Shown here piece after piece: positions 47,371-60,589 of a stretch of DNA of 64,000 bases; within the stretch, counting starts at the first letter, position 1; each line of letters starts with the position of its first letter. A program made the position numbers and the translations under genes. Source of the stretch: Felis catus (lineage: Eukaryota); contig NC_058368.1 in the NCBI RefSeq assembly GCF_018350175.1, positions 130,016,001 through 130,080,000 of the forward strand, read 5' to 3'. The notes beneath the pieces were generated by a model. That model worked only from the letters and a program-made list of their open reading frames with translations, was not told the origin of the DNA and did no database searches.

Positions 47371-48869
47371 TGCTTATCATTATTTCATTGGTAAAAGTGA
47401 AAAAACGTAAGTACTCTAAATGAACAGTACTTGGAGATTGGGTAAATAAATTATGGGATATCAATATAACCTACATGGCATCTGAGGCTTCCTGATCCAT
47501 TGGGATGGAAGTGAATTTGGCTTAAGCTTTCTGACAGGCAGTGGAGATGTCAATATCCTCTCTGGGATTCTTGAATTTCCATGGTTCAATTCTTATGGGC
47601 ATTCTCAGTGGTGAGTTCTGGCTCTATCAAAACTCAGGCTGCGTGGCAGCTCTTTTCTTGGAGTGTCCTCAAACCATGCTGGTAAGGCAGCTGCATATAT
47701 AACAGCCTCCACTCAAGGTTGGGGATGGGTATTCCTGTTATGTTAGCAGCACTGTAGACTCCTGAAAATTTCTTTAACTCACTCCAGACCCCCACATTAT
47801 TGTTCTACCTCTTTCCCCTTCTGTGACTCTAGTCCTCTGCTTGTAGATCCAAAGACTCACAAAGGATCTGTTTCCTCTGGGTTCAAGCTCTTTGGTAATG
47901 CAGAAGGGATTGGGAGGGTTTGATATGACCTTCTAGTTCTCCAACCAGTCTCTGCAAAAGGTATAATATTCTCCAAAAATTATGTAATCTACCCTACTTA
48001 AAAGGCAGAAGCATCCCCTGTCAGTTGTGTTTTTTTGTATATTTATTTTTTATCATGCTACTCCTTTACGATTTCAGATAGCCATTATATATGACACTGT
48101 GTTATTAAGTGAATAAAAGCAGGCTATTGAATAATCTGTCAATTTTGTATTAAAAATTTACAAAGATACATCTAAAAAAAGAGCAGATATTCACAATAAG
48201 GTTAACTGTGGGTGGTTCTATTGTGGCTACCTATTTTCTTCTCTCTATATTTTACCATATCATTTAAAATATCTATAAAGAACATGTATTACCACTATAA
48301 TCAGGGAAGGAAAGATTATATTTCAAAAAGATCTGTTGCCTAAATGAGCAAAACCCAGCAAATAGGTACTTTACCAAATTCTCCCTTCATAGAATCTATT
48401 ATTTCACAGATCATATTGTTTATACATACAAGTATTTGCAGAATCCCTCCCTCTGGGTTCAGAGGAAGGAAGGATCCCTAAGAACTAGGAATGGTAGGGG
48501 AAAATTTGGGACCCTGGCAAAACCAGGCCTGGCCCTTGGATGCTGAGGAGGACCGCATTGTTTAACCGTGTGTTCTGAGATGGCCCACCCTGGATGGTAT
48601 TTGATCTTGTCTGCCTGCCCTTTCCTCTCATTCCAAATCCCCTGGGGTATGTCCTCAATGCTGGATTCACAGAAGACAGTTGTAAATCTGCTTAATCCAC
48701 AAGGATCCATCAGGGCTTGTGTAACACGTGGGCTGATGATAATGGCTGGAGGATTCTGAGCCATTCTTAGGCAGGATACTTTGAAAATTCTATGTCTGAG
48801 ACTTTTTTCCCTCCTATAAAATTCTCAGCTCTTGGTTGAAGAGTTGGTGAAGGGAGTATCAGATGAATA

Positions 48870-49300
48870 GTCTAGACCATCGCAATCAACTTGGAGCTAC
48901 ACTGTCTGATATTGGGTCCCGACTCTGCCATTTGTCAGCTGAGTGGCCTTGAGGAATTATTAACCTCTCACTGCCTCAGCTTCATAATCTGTAAAATGAA
49001 TATATAACACAGTAAAACTGTGGATTGTGAGTAACTTGTTCCGTGAGTGTTCCATACGATGAGCAAACATTTCTAATAAATTTTAACTTGATAAACAAGC
49101 GATGTCTTGCAATATGAGTAGTACGTGGTGCTGAATGTCACATGATCACAACTGTGCTGGTGGTTCTTGAAATTCGCTTTGATATACAAGTGCTTTGGAT
49201 TACATGCATGTTTCTGGAATGAGTTATGCTCGCAAACCAAGGTTTTACTGTATTTTCTACATCCTAGGGTGAAGATTAAATGAGTCAAAAGCAAATGACT
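48870..49300 (+). mobile_element. MIR split by a DNA transposon
   Basis: actctgccatttgtcagctgagtggccttgaggaattattaacctctc...ctgtaaaatg [insert] ...tgaagattaaatgag. Confidence 0.7.
49010..49250. mobile_element. Non-autonomous TcMar (Tigger/pogo-like) MITE
   Basis: Imperfect TIRs cagtaaaactgtggattgtgag / ctcgcaaaccaaggttttactg. TA follows the right end; CA precedes the left end. Confidence 0.85.
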
Positions 49301-51067
49301 ATAGGTGGTGATGACTGCTACCCTAGTGAGGTATGGATCTCCAAAGGCAGATCCTCTGCCTAATTCTCCTTTGGGGAGCATGTGGCCCTTGCTAAATCGA
49401 GCGTAGAGCTGCACCCATACACTGCATCAAGTTCCCCAAGATGGGATAAGAGTTCCCACTTTCATGAGATGTCACAGCCCAGTGGTCCTCAGAGCTGTGG
49501 TTCAGCCCCTTCATGTTGTGTGTTGAGAATCTGGGCCCCGGGGGAACCTTAATCATCCCTCAGCTCCACCCAGCTGGTCAACTGGCAGGGCCACAGCCCG
49601 ATGGCCCCCTCCAGACACATTTTTACATTAAGTTGAAATTACTTCCCCCCCCCCCATAAATATCTAATGCAGCCAAGCATGCATGGGATTGAGTTCGAGG
49701 AAAGAATTCATGAACAAGCATCTTTCTGAGTAAATAGTTTCTATTCATGAGCATGCTTTCAAATTACAGCTGATCTAATTGTTACCCTTAGTGAAAGTAC
49801 TTGATGGCAAATATGAAGTGCAGCAGCTCTGGGAATACGAACTATGTTGTTGGTGAATCTTGTCTTGGGCTAGTCAGTCTTTCTTCTGCCTTTAGTCTTC
49901 TCACTCCTCCTCTCCTTCTCTTGGTGTGGAATGCCGCCAAGTAGCACCCCTGTTTTCAATGGTATTAAGTTAAAAATAATCTATTACCCTAACACATCTG
50001 CTTTTGTCTTTGAGTATTATCTTTCTGTTCCTGTTCAGATGCACATAGATTTTTGCATAGTCCTATCCCTACTACTCCTAAAACTTTGAGGTCTGCTTTT
50101 CTCAGCTAATATTATGTGCAAATATTTTGTATATCTACAATTTTTTTTATGGATGTATAATACATTGTAATCAAACTCATCACAAAGTCCTGAAATAATT
50201 TTTCTGTTATTGACATTTGGGTTGCTTCCATTTTAGGATATTGAACATGGTTCGACTATATGTATGTATTTTTTCTTCTTTGATTTCTTGCCGAAGAATG
50301 TAGCCTCAGGATTGGAATTACATGATCAAATGAATGTTTTTTTCTAGTGGCAATGCCCCCATCAGTGTTCAGATCTACCGTCTTCCCTGTACCCTTGTCA
50401 ACATTGAGTATCTGATGCCTTTTACTCACAAACAAGAGCGCTTGTCCCAAGACAATGTTCACTTGAGTGATGACAAATCATCTCTGAGTGTAATGTGGAA
50501 TGAACTTGATCGTTTCCCGGGTTGCAGAATTTCCCTGTTTTATTTCACACTCAGTTGGTAAAACCTAGAAGCACCATGACCTGTAGTTTCATAGAATGCC
50601 TCCCAGAGTGGGTATCCAGTAACTTACTCATTTAATTTTGTGACCTGTAGCAGTAGTACTATTCGTCCTATACAGAGGCCATAGTACCCTACAGTAGGAA
50701 AAAGGAAAGTAAACGGGATGGTTAAGTGAGAAAATGTGGAGGAGATGTTATCAGATTTCCCAGGAGGGCAGCACGTCCCCAGAGACAGGGTCACAATCCT
50801 GCCCAGTAGTGCACTTGGCATTATAGAGTCTGGCCATGTGTACTCCTGGGCTCTAAATGTGGATCTCCTTCCCCTTCCTCCTAGCATCTCTCCTGTGTCA
50901 CCTTCCCTTCCATCCCCTGTCCTCCAGGCTGGCCTCTGCTACCTGCACTGATCTACTTGGTGAGGTGTAGGGCACCATCCTCAGCTTTGCCAGGAACCCA
51001 AAGAGTACACAGGTGTGAGCCCTGCCTTCCCAGAGTTTGAAGTCTGAGAAGAGAGAGAAACCATTAA

Positions 51068-51271
51068 AAACAATTTTTTTTGAGAGAGAGAGATAGAGCA
51101 CAGCTCCAGAGAGAGGAGGTGCAGAGAGAGAGGGAGACACAGAATATGATGCAGTTTCCAGGTTCTGAGTGGTCAGCACAGAGCCCAGCGTGGGGCTTGA
51201 ACTCATGGACTGTGAGATCATGACCTGAGCCGAAGTCGGACGCTTAACCGACTGAGCCACCTAGGCGCCCC
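51068..51271 (-). mobile_element. Can-SINE
   Basis: TSD gagaaaccatt on both sides. Confidence 0.92.
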
Positions 51272-52117
51272 GCGAGAAACCATTTTTAAGAGGCAAGACA
51301 TCATGAATGCCCAAAGAAAGCTTCCGATGAGGTCCTTTGGTCCCTTGGTCCTTTGTTTGAGGCAAGGTGTTTGAGGCAACTTTACAGAATTCGTACTGAG
51401 ACTGTATTCTCAGGAGTGGAAAGGATTTGGACAGGGGAATCTGATAATGTCCCCCGGCTTCTCAGGGTCCTCCGTTTCCTCCAGATCCTTAGGGCCCCAG
51501 TCACTAATCCACATACTCAGAGAGCTGGACATGCCAAGGGGGATGCCAAAGGGTAAAACATACCTGGCCTATTTCCCTTCCAATTTGAAAGATAGTTTTG
51601 ATACTTCCTTTTCTAGGGGCATGAGACAAATTTTTTAAAAAGTGAATGTGCTTGAGCTGGGTGAAGCAGGACAAGGGCCACCAGTGTGGAGCCCAGATAT
51701 GTGAAGGAAGACAGCTGACTGGGGGCCACCTGGAGGTTGAGGCTGGCAGGGCTCTAGACTGATCCATGCCTGCGCCTTACTGGTTTTCGATTGTGTTTTA
51801 TGCACCACTGCCTGTGCTTGACCAGTTAGGATTTTCAGTCATGATCCCTGGGAGAAGGGACACTGGCATTTCTTATAATCTCAGGAGAATTGAGGTGCAA
51901 TTTGTGATGTTGGGCTCTAGAGCCAATCATGGAGCCTCATGTCAGAGAAGAGTCTAGGCTGTGGATTCTCAGCATATGAAAATTGGATCATTTGCCTCCT
52001 CACTTGCTTGTTATTATCTTCTCTGCTTAATCCTCCTCCAAGCCAAGCCAAGCCTCCTCAACTAGTTCCCTTTTTTTCATTGCACAGCTCTGTCAACCTA
52101 TGTACATTATAAAAAAA

Positions 52118-52330
52118 ATTTTTAATGTTCATTTATTTTTGAAAGAGAGAAAGAGAGAGAGAGAGAGAGCATGAGTGGGGGAGAGGGAGAGAGAGAGAGG
52201 GAGACACAATACCCGAAGCAGGCTCTAGTCTTTGAGATGCCAGCAGAGAGCTTGATGTGGGGCTCAAACCCATGAACCATGAGCTCATGACCTGAGCCAA
52301 AGTCGGATGCTTGAGCCACCCATGCACCTC
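52118..52330 (-). mobile_element. Can-SINE (older)
   Basis: Diverged TSD acctatgtacattat / acctgtgtacgttat. Confidence 0.9.
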
Positions 52331-53344
52331 ACCTGTGTACGTTATGGTTGACCTTTTCCCCATTTTCATCAGATTTGTCAGGCTGGGAGGGTATTACAGA
52401 TTTAGAGGGATGTTACCCCAAGTGATGTCGTGTCAGAGGAAGAAGCTCAAACCCCTGAGGACTTACACATGTTTCTAAATGTGTGTTTAGTTTCATTGTT
52501 CAGAACACTTGTAACTGTCGTACTGTTATGATACAGTATGAACAAACACATTTATCTGCTGCTCTTTACAATTCTAATTATCGTGATATTGAAGCTGACA
52601 CTCCATCTCTCTCCACCTACAAGGAGACAAAAGGCATCCCAGGGAGTAGAGCACACTTAGACTCAAATGAAGTGTCTGCCTCCCTGAGACTCTCTACAGA
52701 ACGTGGCATCTGGAACTTTGGTTTCCAGGGTTTGATCAAGGTGTTTCCCACTTATAGTCAGAGAGCTCTGGATGTGAGAATAGCATGCCCTTCAGGGGAT
52801 GGTTGGAGTGGAGTCAGGTTCCTAGTCAGAGGGTCTGTGGTACAACTAGAGTATTTCCTACTCTCAGTCTCTTCATGTGAAAGGAGGCTCCTCCCTGCTC
52901 TTCCGTTTGGGGGAATGGTGGGTGGTCTACAGATTGGGTCAGTGTCCAGTGGTCCTGAGTAATGAGTTTTATTCCAAGTAAAATAAAAATAGGCACACTG
53001 AATACCTTACACCTACCATGGGACTTGACCTCCTTTCCTCCCACCCAAGGCTCCAGAGTTGGGGGTGACATTGGGCATTCATACAGTGGTCTTTGAGGGT
53101 TTTTTTCCTGACGCTTGGAAAATGTGGATCTTGTCAAAGAACTCTCTCTTAAAAACAATGAGTTCCTTTTTGGGAATATAACTAACCTAACACAATAGTA
53201 ATTCCATGTTCCTGGGACACTCTTTTAAGAACTCCATGATCCAATCATTGAATTCTGATTCTGGAGCATGGATGCACTCCACTGATGATTTTTGCCTCCC
53301 AAGAGTTCTTGTGCATTTTCAAGCAAGCATTACCGTTTGAATAA

Positions 53345-53680
53345 ATCAGGATAGACCTGCATATGTTGAAGATAAATCCTGAAGTCTCAGTGGTGTGACT
53401 CAGCACAGTGCTGGTACTCACTCAGGTAAAGTTTAGTCTAGACTGGATGGCCCTCCTTAATCTTACAGCTCTACCATCTGGTCTATGTGTATTTCAAGGT
53501 CACTGCTAAAAGGCAAAAGAGGAATTGAGGAGGCATACTGGCTTTTAGTGTTTCAGCCCAGAAGTGATATAGTCCATAGCCGGAACTAATCCCATGGCCC
53601 CACTATAACTGCAGGGAGGTGTGGAAATGTAGTATGCACATGGGACATTTAATGAGCACCGACCAGCTTTCTCTGCCACA
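53345..53680 (-). mobile_element. Old MLT1 (I/J-like) LTR
   Basis: atcaggatagac...tctcagtgg...cccagaagtgata...aactaatcccatggcccca...gaaatgtagt...ctctgccaca. Confidence 0.7.
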
Positions 53681-53957
53681 TCATTCTTATCCTAGAATGT
53701 TTGTAACTTGCAAGGCAAAAGCTGTTCATCTTGCTCTGAAAGCTTCTCAAGTTTTGAGAATAGCAGGAGGTCTCTTTAATGGTGTCCCCGTCGTGGTTTT
53801 CCTAGAACAGCAAGTGATCTTCATTCCGACTGCAGATCATGTTGACTGACATGCTTGGCACCCACTGGCACACTCTTGGCTAGTGGGGTCCTCTGGAGGT
53901 ATTCTTGTTCACTTCTGTTCCCACCCCTCGGGTGTACATTTACTGAGTGTGAAAGAC

Positions 53958-54352
53958 TGTTGAGAAAACATGTTCACGATAAACTCCCTTCCTGGATCTG
54001 TGCCTCTTTGCAGCGTGACTCTGCAGTTTCTTCCATCCAGAGGTGACATCCATTCCCCTGCCCTTGAAGTTTGGCTGGCCTTGGGACTTGCTTTGGACCA
54101 CAGGATGCAAACGATGTGACACGTGCCCTCAAGAGGGTTTGTACACTGGGGATCTTAGAACAAGCCCAGGTAGTCTGCTGGATGAGGGTCCAGTGACGCC
54201 TTTCGCCTCAGGCAACACTGTACTGTTCCCAGAAACAGAGCTGCTTGGCTGACTTATAGCTGAACCTGGAAGACACTGAGCAGAACCCAGCCTGAAAGGC
54301 TGGTGGCAAGACATGTGAGTTGGAGGATGGTTTGCACTCAAGCAGTGGCAGA
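53958..54352 (+). mobile_element. MLT1E/F-like LTR
   Basis: gtgactctgcagtttcttccatccagagg...ccttgaagtttggctggccttgggacttgctttggacc...aacaagcccagg...gcagtggcagata. Confidence 0.7.
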
Positions 54353-54425
54353 TACACCAAAGGTCAGTATGGGCCACAACATGTGTCTGCTGGCTGTGTT
54401 GTTTTGTGATTAAGAATTTAGTCAA

Positions 54426-54551
54426 GGGGCACCTGGGTGGCTCAGTCAGCTAAGCGTCAGACTCTTGATTTTGGCTCAGGTCATGATCTCACAGTTGGTG
54501 AGTTTGAGCTTCATATTGGGCTCTGTGCTGACAACATGGAGCCTGCTTGGG

Positions 54552-54591
<40 letters not shown>

Positions 54592-54636
54592 CCTCCCCTG
54601 CTTGCCCTCTCTCTCTCTCAGAAACAAACTTAAAAA
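54426..54636 (+). mobile_element. Can-SINE
   Basis: TSD aagaatttagtc on both sides. Confidence 0.92.
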
Positions 54637-54679
54637 AAGAATTTAGTCCAATATTACTTTAAAAGGCTGAAATATAAGC

Positions 54680-54990
54680 ATGAAAATGAAGCAAACTGTT
54701 TCTGTGAAAACTAAATTGAAAACTAAACTTGGTAAAAACAAGTACTTTAAAAAAGGCCAAGTAAGATGTGGTGAGACATTTGTAAAAAATGGAGGGAGAG
54801 CCATTAAAATATGATGGTTTCTACCCTCAGAGTACAATGTATGTATATACAGAGTATATACATGTATGTATGTATATACAGAGTAGTATGCCTGTATATA
54901 TGTATTTTTTGCGTTTTTAGTCCAACTTAACAAATTGAAAATGGACACCACAGATGATTGAACTGTGGAGGCAACACTAAGGCTGGTGAA
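54680..54990 (+). mobile_element. Possible ancient Tigger-like transposase fragment
   Basis: Degenerate segment resembling a pogo-type N-terminal HTH (gtttctgtgaaaactaaattg...ggtgagacatttgtaaaaaatgg). Confidence 0.35.
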
Positions 54991-55019
54991 CAAAGATGCT
55001 TCATAATAATTCCATGGTT

Positions 55020-55420
55020 CACAGAAGATCAAGTTTTATGTGCTTGTTTGCTTTTTTACCTAGTAATCCATGGCGAGCATTCTAAATCATTTCCTAGCAT
55101 TCTACGGAAGTCTGTGCAGGCATTCAGGAGTCCAGTTTTTTCATCATTTTGACCTGTGTGCCCTTAAGGTCTGTTGTTATCTAAGTGGTTGCAAACCTGT
55201 TACAGGTTCTGGAATTGGAAGAGGCAAGAGAGCATGGAGAAAAGCCTCGATGTCTCTGCAGACACTCTGTTGACACAAACTCAGTCACGTGGTCATACCT
55301 AACTCCAAGAGAGACCAGGAAATGTATGGTTTGGGACCAGAAACACAGTGAACCCCAATCCCTTTCTTATGGAGTGAGAGAAAATAAATTTGGGTAAAGA
55401 GCCAGCAATCTCCACCAGAG
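55020..55420 (-). mobile_element. Old MLT1 LTR
   Basis: gcaggcattcaggagtccag...aactcagtcacgtggtcatacctaactccaagaga...gccagcaatctcca. Confidence 0.6.
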
Positions 55421-55434
55421 TGATATGTCTTTTT

Positions 55435-55483
55435 TATTGTATTGTATTGTATTGTATTGTATTGTATTGTATTGTATTGTATT
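55435..55483. repeat. (ATTGT)n pentanucleotide repeat
   Basis: Directly visible. Confidence 0.95.
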
Positions 55484-56804
55484 TTTTTGCAGAAAGGACA
55501 ATGGGAAGCTTTAATTAATAGACCTATATCCAGTGGGAAGGCCTCAGTGAGGTGTTGTGCATGTCTGTATTTTAAGTTAAAATAACATGTTTATGGTATG
55601 ATGTATCTGTTTTCATGATTTATAGCCTTCATTCCTTAAAATTAATTGACCAAGTAGACATGAGGACTTTGCATTCTTTCTTTTTCTAGGTTCTTTAATA
55701 TCCCTCATTTTCCTTTTATATTCACTTTTGGGACTCAAGAATATGGCAGACTACTTGAGTGCCCGCAAATCATTTTGACATTACATATGTATTTCTGAGG
55801 TACTGTCCCAATTTAAAAGAAAATGTAGAGTTAGCTCAGTGCTTCAGATGTGGCCAACTGATTGAGGTAAGTCAGGAAGACAGTAATATCTACATTTACC
55901 TACTCCCTATCCGGTGCCAAAAGAAGAAAAAGCTAAGATTAAAGATGATGAGAAGGTGCTTCCCAGGTCCAGTTTTGCTTCCACACAATGCCTGCTACAC
56001 AAGTCCAGATGACTCCATTTTACTTGGAGACTCAGCACAAAGGAGCTAGAATTCTGGCAACCCGGTGAGCCACTGGAAGTCCCTGTCAGAGTGGCTCTCA
56101 GTAAATGGTCCTAGTTGGTCCTTCTGCATCAGGAAGAGCCATTCTGATGAACTGAGGAAGTGGATGCTGGCCCTGGAGGCGAGTGCTTGCCATTTAAAAC
56201 TCCTGAAGTCTGACGCAGCTGTCCCTGCTCGTCCCCAAGCCCAGGAGACCCGGGCCCCAGATGCACCCTCGTTTGGGTGTCCACATCAGACCCTTCTTCT
56301 CTTTGACTTGGATGCTTCTTAAAGGGTTCTTAGCCTCATCATCTCACCTCCCTGCTCTTCTCTATCAGCTCACAGTGGCCTGCCTGACTCTGGAAAAGGG
56401 CTTTGAACTAGAAGAACCTTGTGGAACTTGAGAGGAAGTCACATTTTTCTTCGTTTGCCTACCAGAGTTTTCTGAAAACTTGGCTTAAAAGTGCTAACGT
56501 TGAAGAGTCCAGATAGATGCGTAGCAACAGGATATTACAGACACTTTCAATTCGACAGTGTGTGAGAGAGCTGGGCTTTGGCGTGTCAGCTTCCTGATAG
56601 TGTCCCATATCTGCTCAGAACCAGTCACACGGTACTGATCTGTGAGATACTGTTTATTAAATGCAGGATTTTTGCTTTCTCACTTGTTAGATAAGGAGAA
56701 ACAACAGGGCATGCTTGCAGGAAGCCAGAAATTCCAAGTTGCTATGTTATGTCCCCTTCCCAGGGTGGGTTTGGATCGTGAAGGGACCGGTAGCTCCTCT
56801 TCCT

Positions 56805-57000
56805 GAATACCTACTGTGTGCCAGATGGTGAACTAAAGGTTCTGCTCTTATCATTTCCTTCATTCTCTGCAGCAATCCTGTGCTCATCATCCTTAGTCTA
56901 CAGACCAGGGATGTACATTTCCAGAGCTGTTGAATGACTTTCCTGAAATCATCCAGCTTTCAAGCTACGGAACTGATATTCAAGTTTCAGTTTTCCTGTC
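56805..57000 (-). mobile_element. MIR
   Basis: tgaatacctactgtgtgccaga...cagagctgttgaatgactttcctgaaatcatccagct. Confidence 0.6.
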
Positions 57001-57802
57001 TTAGTCACAGCACAGCGTGAACGACCCACACAGTAGTGTTTATTCTAGAAAACCGAAAAAGGTGCACTACAGGATTCGGCATTCCCAGAAAAGAGGTTGG
57101 TCTGTATGGCTCATTTTGTGGAGGATGCTTGGTAGTGCATGGGAAAAAAAAAAAAAAGGCAAATTATACTCGCTGATAATCTGAAAGAAGATAGTTACTT
57201 TCCACTACTACCCATTTCCTAAGAATAAGTAATATTTTGTAGTTCAAGATCTGAGCATGGTCTTGTTTTCTCCAGCTCTGATTTTGCAGTGTGCTCCTTG
57301 GCATCCATCTCTGCTCTGGGAAGATACTTTTCCAAAGAAGTTTCTGCCGTGGCACTTGCTTCCTCCACATAGATGGTACCAGGCACCCATTGTGTCAGCT
57401 CATTCACTATCTTCAAACCCACTCGGAATGTGTCATTTCTGAATTTCCATGTAACCTCGGGGTTTAGGAATGTCACTTGTTTCTTCCTGTTCTTTCTGGA
57501 AGCCTCTGTTCCAAATCAGAGAGGAAAATGACATCCAGGTGTTCACAAGATTCATTAAAAGCGCCATCTAGCTTTGGAAAAGGATTGCAAATGAAGGTTA
57601 AAGGTTCCCTTAGGACCCAGACCCCATAGCCACAACTGAGTGATGACTGGGAGTTACAGACGTGAAAGTGAGGAGGACAAGGACTGAGGTGGGCAGAAGA
57701 GAGAAAGACATGTGCCCCCCAAATGAAGAGTGGAAGCCCCTCTGCTGTATTCTTGTAGTATTCTGCATTTCCCCTTCTGAGGCATTAAAGTTACTGGTTC
57801 TC

Positions 57803-58015
57803 GGGGCGCCTGGGTGGCGTAGTCGGGTAAGCGTCCGACTTTAGCCAGGTCACGATCTCACGGTCCGTGAGTTCGAGCCCCGCGTCAGGCTCTGGGCTGA
57901 TGGCTCAGAGCCTGGAGCCTGTTTCTGATTCTGTGTCTCCCTCTCTCTCTGCCCCTCCCCCGTTCATGCTCTCTCTCTGTCCCCAAAATAAATAAACGTT
58001 GTAAAAAAAAATTTA
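57803..58015 (+). mobile_element. Young Can-SINE (SINEC_Fc)
   Basis: TSD aaagttactggttctc / aaagttgctggttctc. Confidence 0.95.
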
Positions 58016-58039
58016 AAAGTTGCTGGTTCTCTTCCCCTG

Positions 58040-58122
58040 TGGATTGTGACCCCTTGTGAGGTAAATGGTACCTGCCATTTACCAGGTACTCAACAAATAC
58101 TGAATGGATGAATGAATGAATG
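58040..58122 (+). mobile_element. L2 3' end
   Basis: aggtactcaacaaatactgaatggatgaatgaatgaatg. Confidence 0.7.
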
Positions 58123-58989
58123 AGAGTTCTGATCTCCAATTCAGGCTAAATAAGTAAATAAATAAATATCTCAAAACTAAACTTTATCTTCCCTTCGAGA
58201 GTGGAACAAATCTGGGAGTAAGGTCATTGGAGTTGATTTTTAAATGCCTACAACTGTACCTTCGTGTTATGTTCTAATAAGGTTTTAATTCCTGGCTCTC
58301 CCTGTGATTCTAACTTAATTGGCCTGAGGTAGGCCTACAGAAACTAGTATTATTTTTAAAAGTCCTCAGGTGCTTCTCTTGAGCAGTCAGGGTAGAAATC
58401 CACCATTCCACGTACCTGGAGGAGTAGCACCCTACAGCTGCTGGAGCACGTGGATGGCTCACGTCCAGCAGAATCTGAGCCTTGTGGGGGAAAAGATAAT
58501 GGCTCCCCAAACCATTTACCCAGAAACAAAAGACGAGGACATTCTCTGGAAGCTCATCTCAGGGGCTCAGCTCTGCTAAGGTGCTCTGGTTAGGTAACTG
58601 CTCATCTGTAGGACGTCTCAGCGGGCATTTAACTTATGCTGGAAGTGTAGTTATGCAGGAGCTTATGCTCCTCATGCAGGAGCTTCAGCATCTTTCCTAC
58701 ATCAGCTTTCTCCTTCCCATATTCTAGTAAGGTCAGTGGCTTATCTGATAAACCTGAGAATGAGTTAAATGTGCAGAGGCAGCTTCCTGGTGGAAGTGCT
58801 GCATTGAAGACAGAGGGATTAGAAACAAATATAATCTTTCTTGCCTCGAAAATGGAATTTTGAATGGTGTTAAAATGCTAGGATGTCTGGAAAGTTCTGT
58901 GTAGGTAGCCAATGGAGCAAGAATTGTAATTGTTTTTCTCGGGCTGTCATGTCAAAGGCTTTAAAAAGTATTTTGGCTTCATTGATTTA

Positions 58990-59202
58990 TTTTTGTTAGA
59001 TTTTTTTTTAGTGTTTATTTTTGAGAGAGAGAGTGCGTGAGAGTGTGCGTGAGCGAGCGGGGGAGGGGCAGAGAGAGGGAGACAGAATTCGAAGCAGGCA
59101 CTAGGCTCTGAGCTAGAGTCCAGTTTGGGGATCAAACTCACCAATCGCAAGATCATGACCTGAGCCGAAGTCATTCAACTGACTGAGCCACCCAGGCACC
59201 CC
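58990..59202 (-). mobile_element. Can-SINE
   Basis: TSD cttcattgattt on both sides; small internal deletions. Confidence 0.9.
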
Positions 59203-60183
59203 TGACTTCATTGATTTCTGAATCCCTGCGCCCCAGTGATGGAGTGTGTGCACAGGGCTGCTCAGGTTAACTTCCTTTCTGGTGGGTGCTTGGGCTGGGC
59301 TGGGTGCTGTGGGTAGCAAAAGCAGAAAGAGGGCAGACCAGCTATATTTTCTCGTGCCTTGAAAGCTCTATGTTCTTACTATATTTGTATCTAGCCCACC
59401 ATTTCCTGTTTCTCCAACGATTCGAAAAATGGATTTGGCCCCATACTTCTATCCCATGTCCCTTAAAAGAACAAGAAGGATGTGTACAGATGTCCCTACC
59501 CTGGAGTTTCTGGGAACAGGGACATCATGTGCTTTTCCAGGGTCATTTGCAGAGAAATGGACTTTTATAGGCACTAAGCAGCATCCCCTATATGAGTTTG
59601 GCTGATAGTTTTAGATACGGGAATTTTGGTTAGTTGGTTCTCAGGAACTGAGAAAGGTCTGAGATTTGGCCCTCTTGTAATTTAACAAGTTAGTCTGCCA
59701 CAGCGTCGTGGATGCTGGCAAAGACCAGAGACTCCCGAGGGGGAGACAAAGGCCTTTATTACACGTGGCCATATGGGCAACTTTTTGTACCCCCAAGCCC
59801 CAGCCTTCATGGGTGACACAAACAGGACCCAGTGATGCCTGCCCATGCAGTGGGATGTGTCACAGGAGAGGACCTCTGAGCTTAGGGATCTCGAATCTTT
59901 TGCAGTGTGCTCTGAAGGGCCTCTCCCAAGGCTGTGCACTAGAAATCCTTGAAAAGATATTCCAGAACAAAGACTGATTGGAAGTCAGGTGATTCCAGTA
60001 CCGCTGATTGGAAGACAGGTGAGCCACCTGTAGGAAATTGCCAGGACCCCCCAAGTACGTCAGTAATAACAGGGAATCGTCCTGGAGGTGTGGATAAAGC
60101 TGAACACTGAGGGAGACCACGGGCTTTATGACATTTTCTAGGACCCATCTCCAGTGTAACAAGTGAGTACCCACTGCCCCCAC

Positions 60184-60545
60184 GTATCAGTGAACATTTC
60201 TGTCTAACAAATGCCCCAACGGCTTAGTGCTTTAAAACAACCACATATTTAGCTCAGGAGTCTGTGGATTGACTGAGTGGTTCTTCCGGGCCTGACTCAG
60301 CTGGCTCAGCTGGCCTCAGCTGGTGGAAGCGGTGGTTGTTAGACTGTTGGACAGGACCACGGGGGCAACTAGCTAAGTTCTTCTGTCATCCAGTAGGTGG
60401 GTCTGGGTGTCTTCACATGCTGGAAGTCCCAGGTCCTCCGGAGTAGCAAGAGAGTGAGTCCTGACAGGCCCATGCTTTTCAAGTCTCTGTATGACGTTTG
60501 CTAACACCCCATTAAGAAAATCAGGTCTTAAGGCCAAAGCAGGCA
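60184..60545 (-). mobile_element. MLT1F/G-like LTR
   Basis: taacaaatgcccc...ttagtgctttaaaacaacc...gctcaggagtctgtgg...ttcacatg...gcttttcaagtctctg...tttgctaa. Confidence 0.7.
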
Positions 60546-60589
60546 TATATTAAAGTAAGATGAGGAAATAAGGTAAAAATACGTTTAAA

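Noticed and set aside
52483..52962. 159-aa ORF
   Set aside because: Non-ATG start and no recognisable domain; no support for coding.
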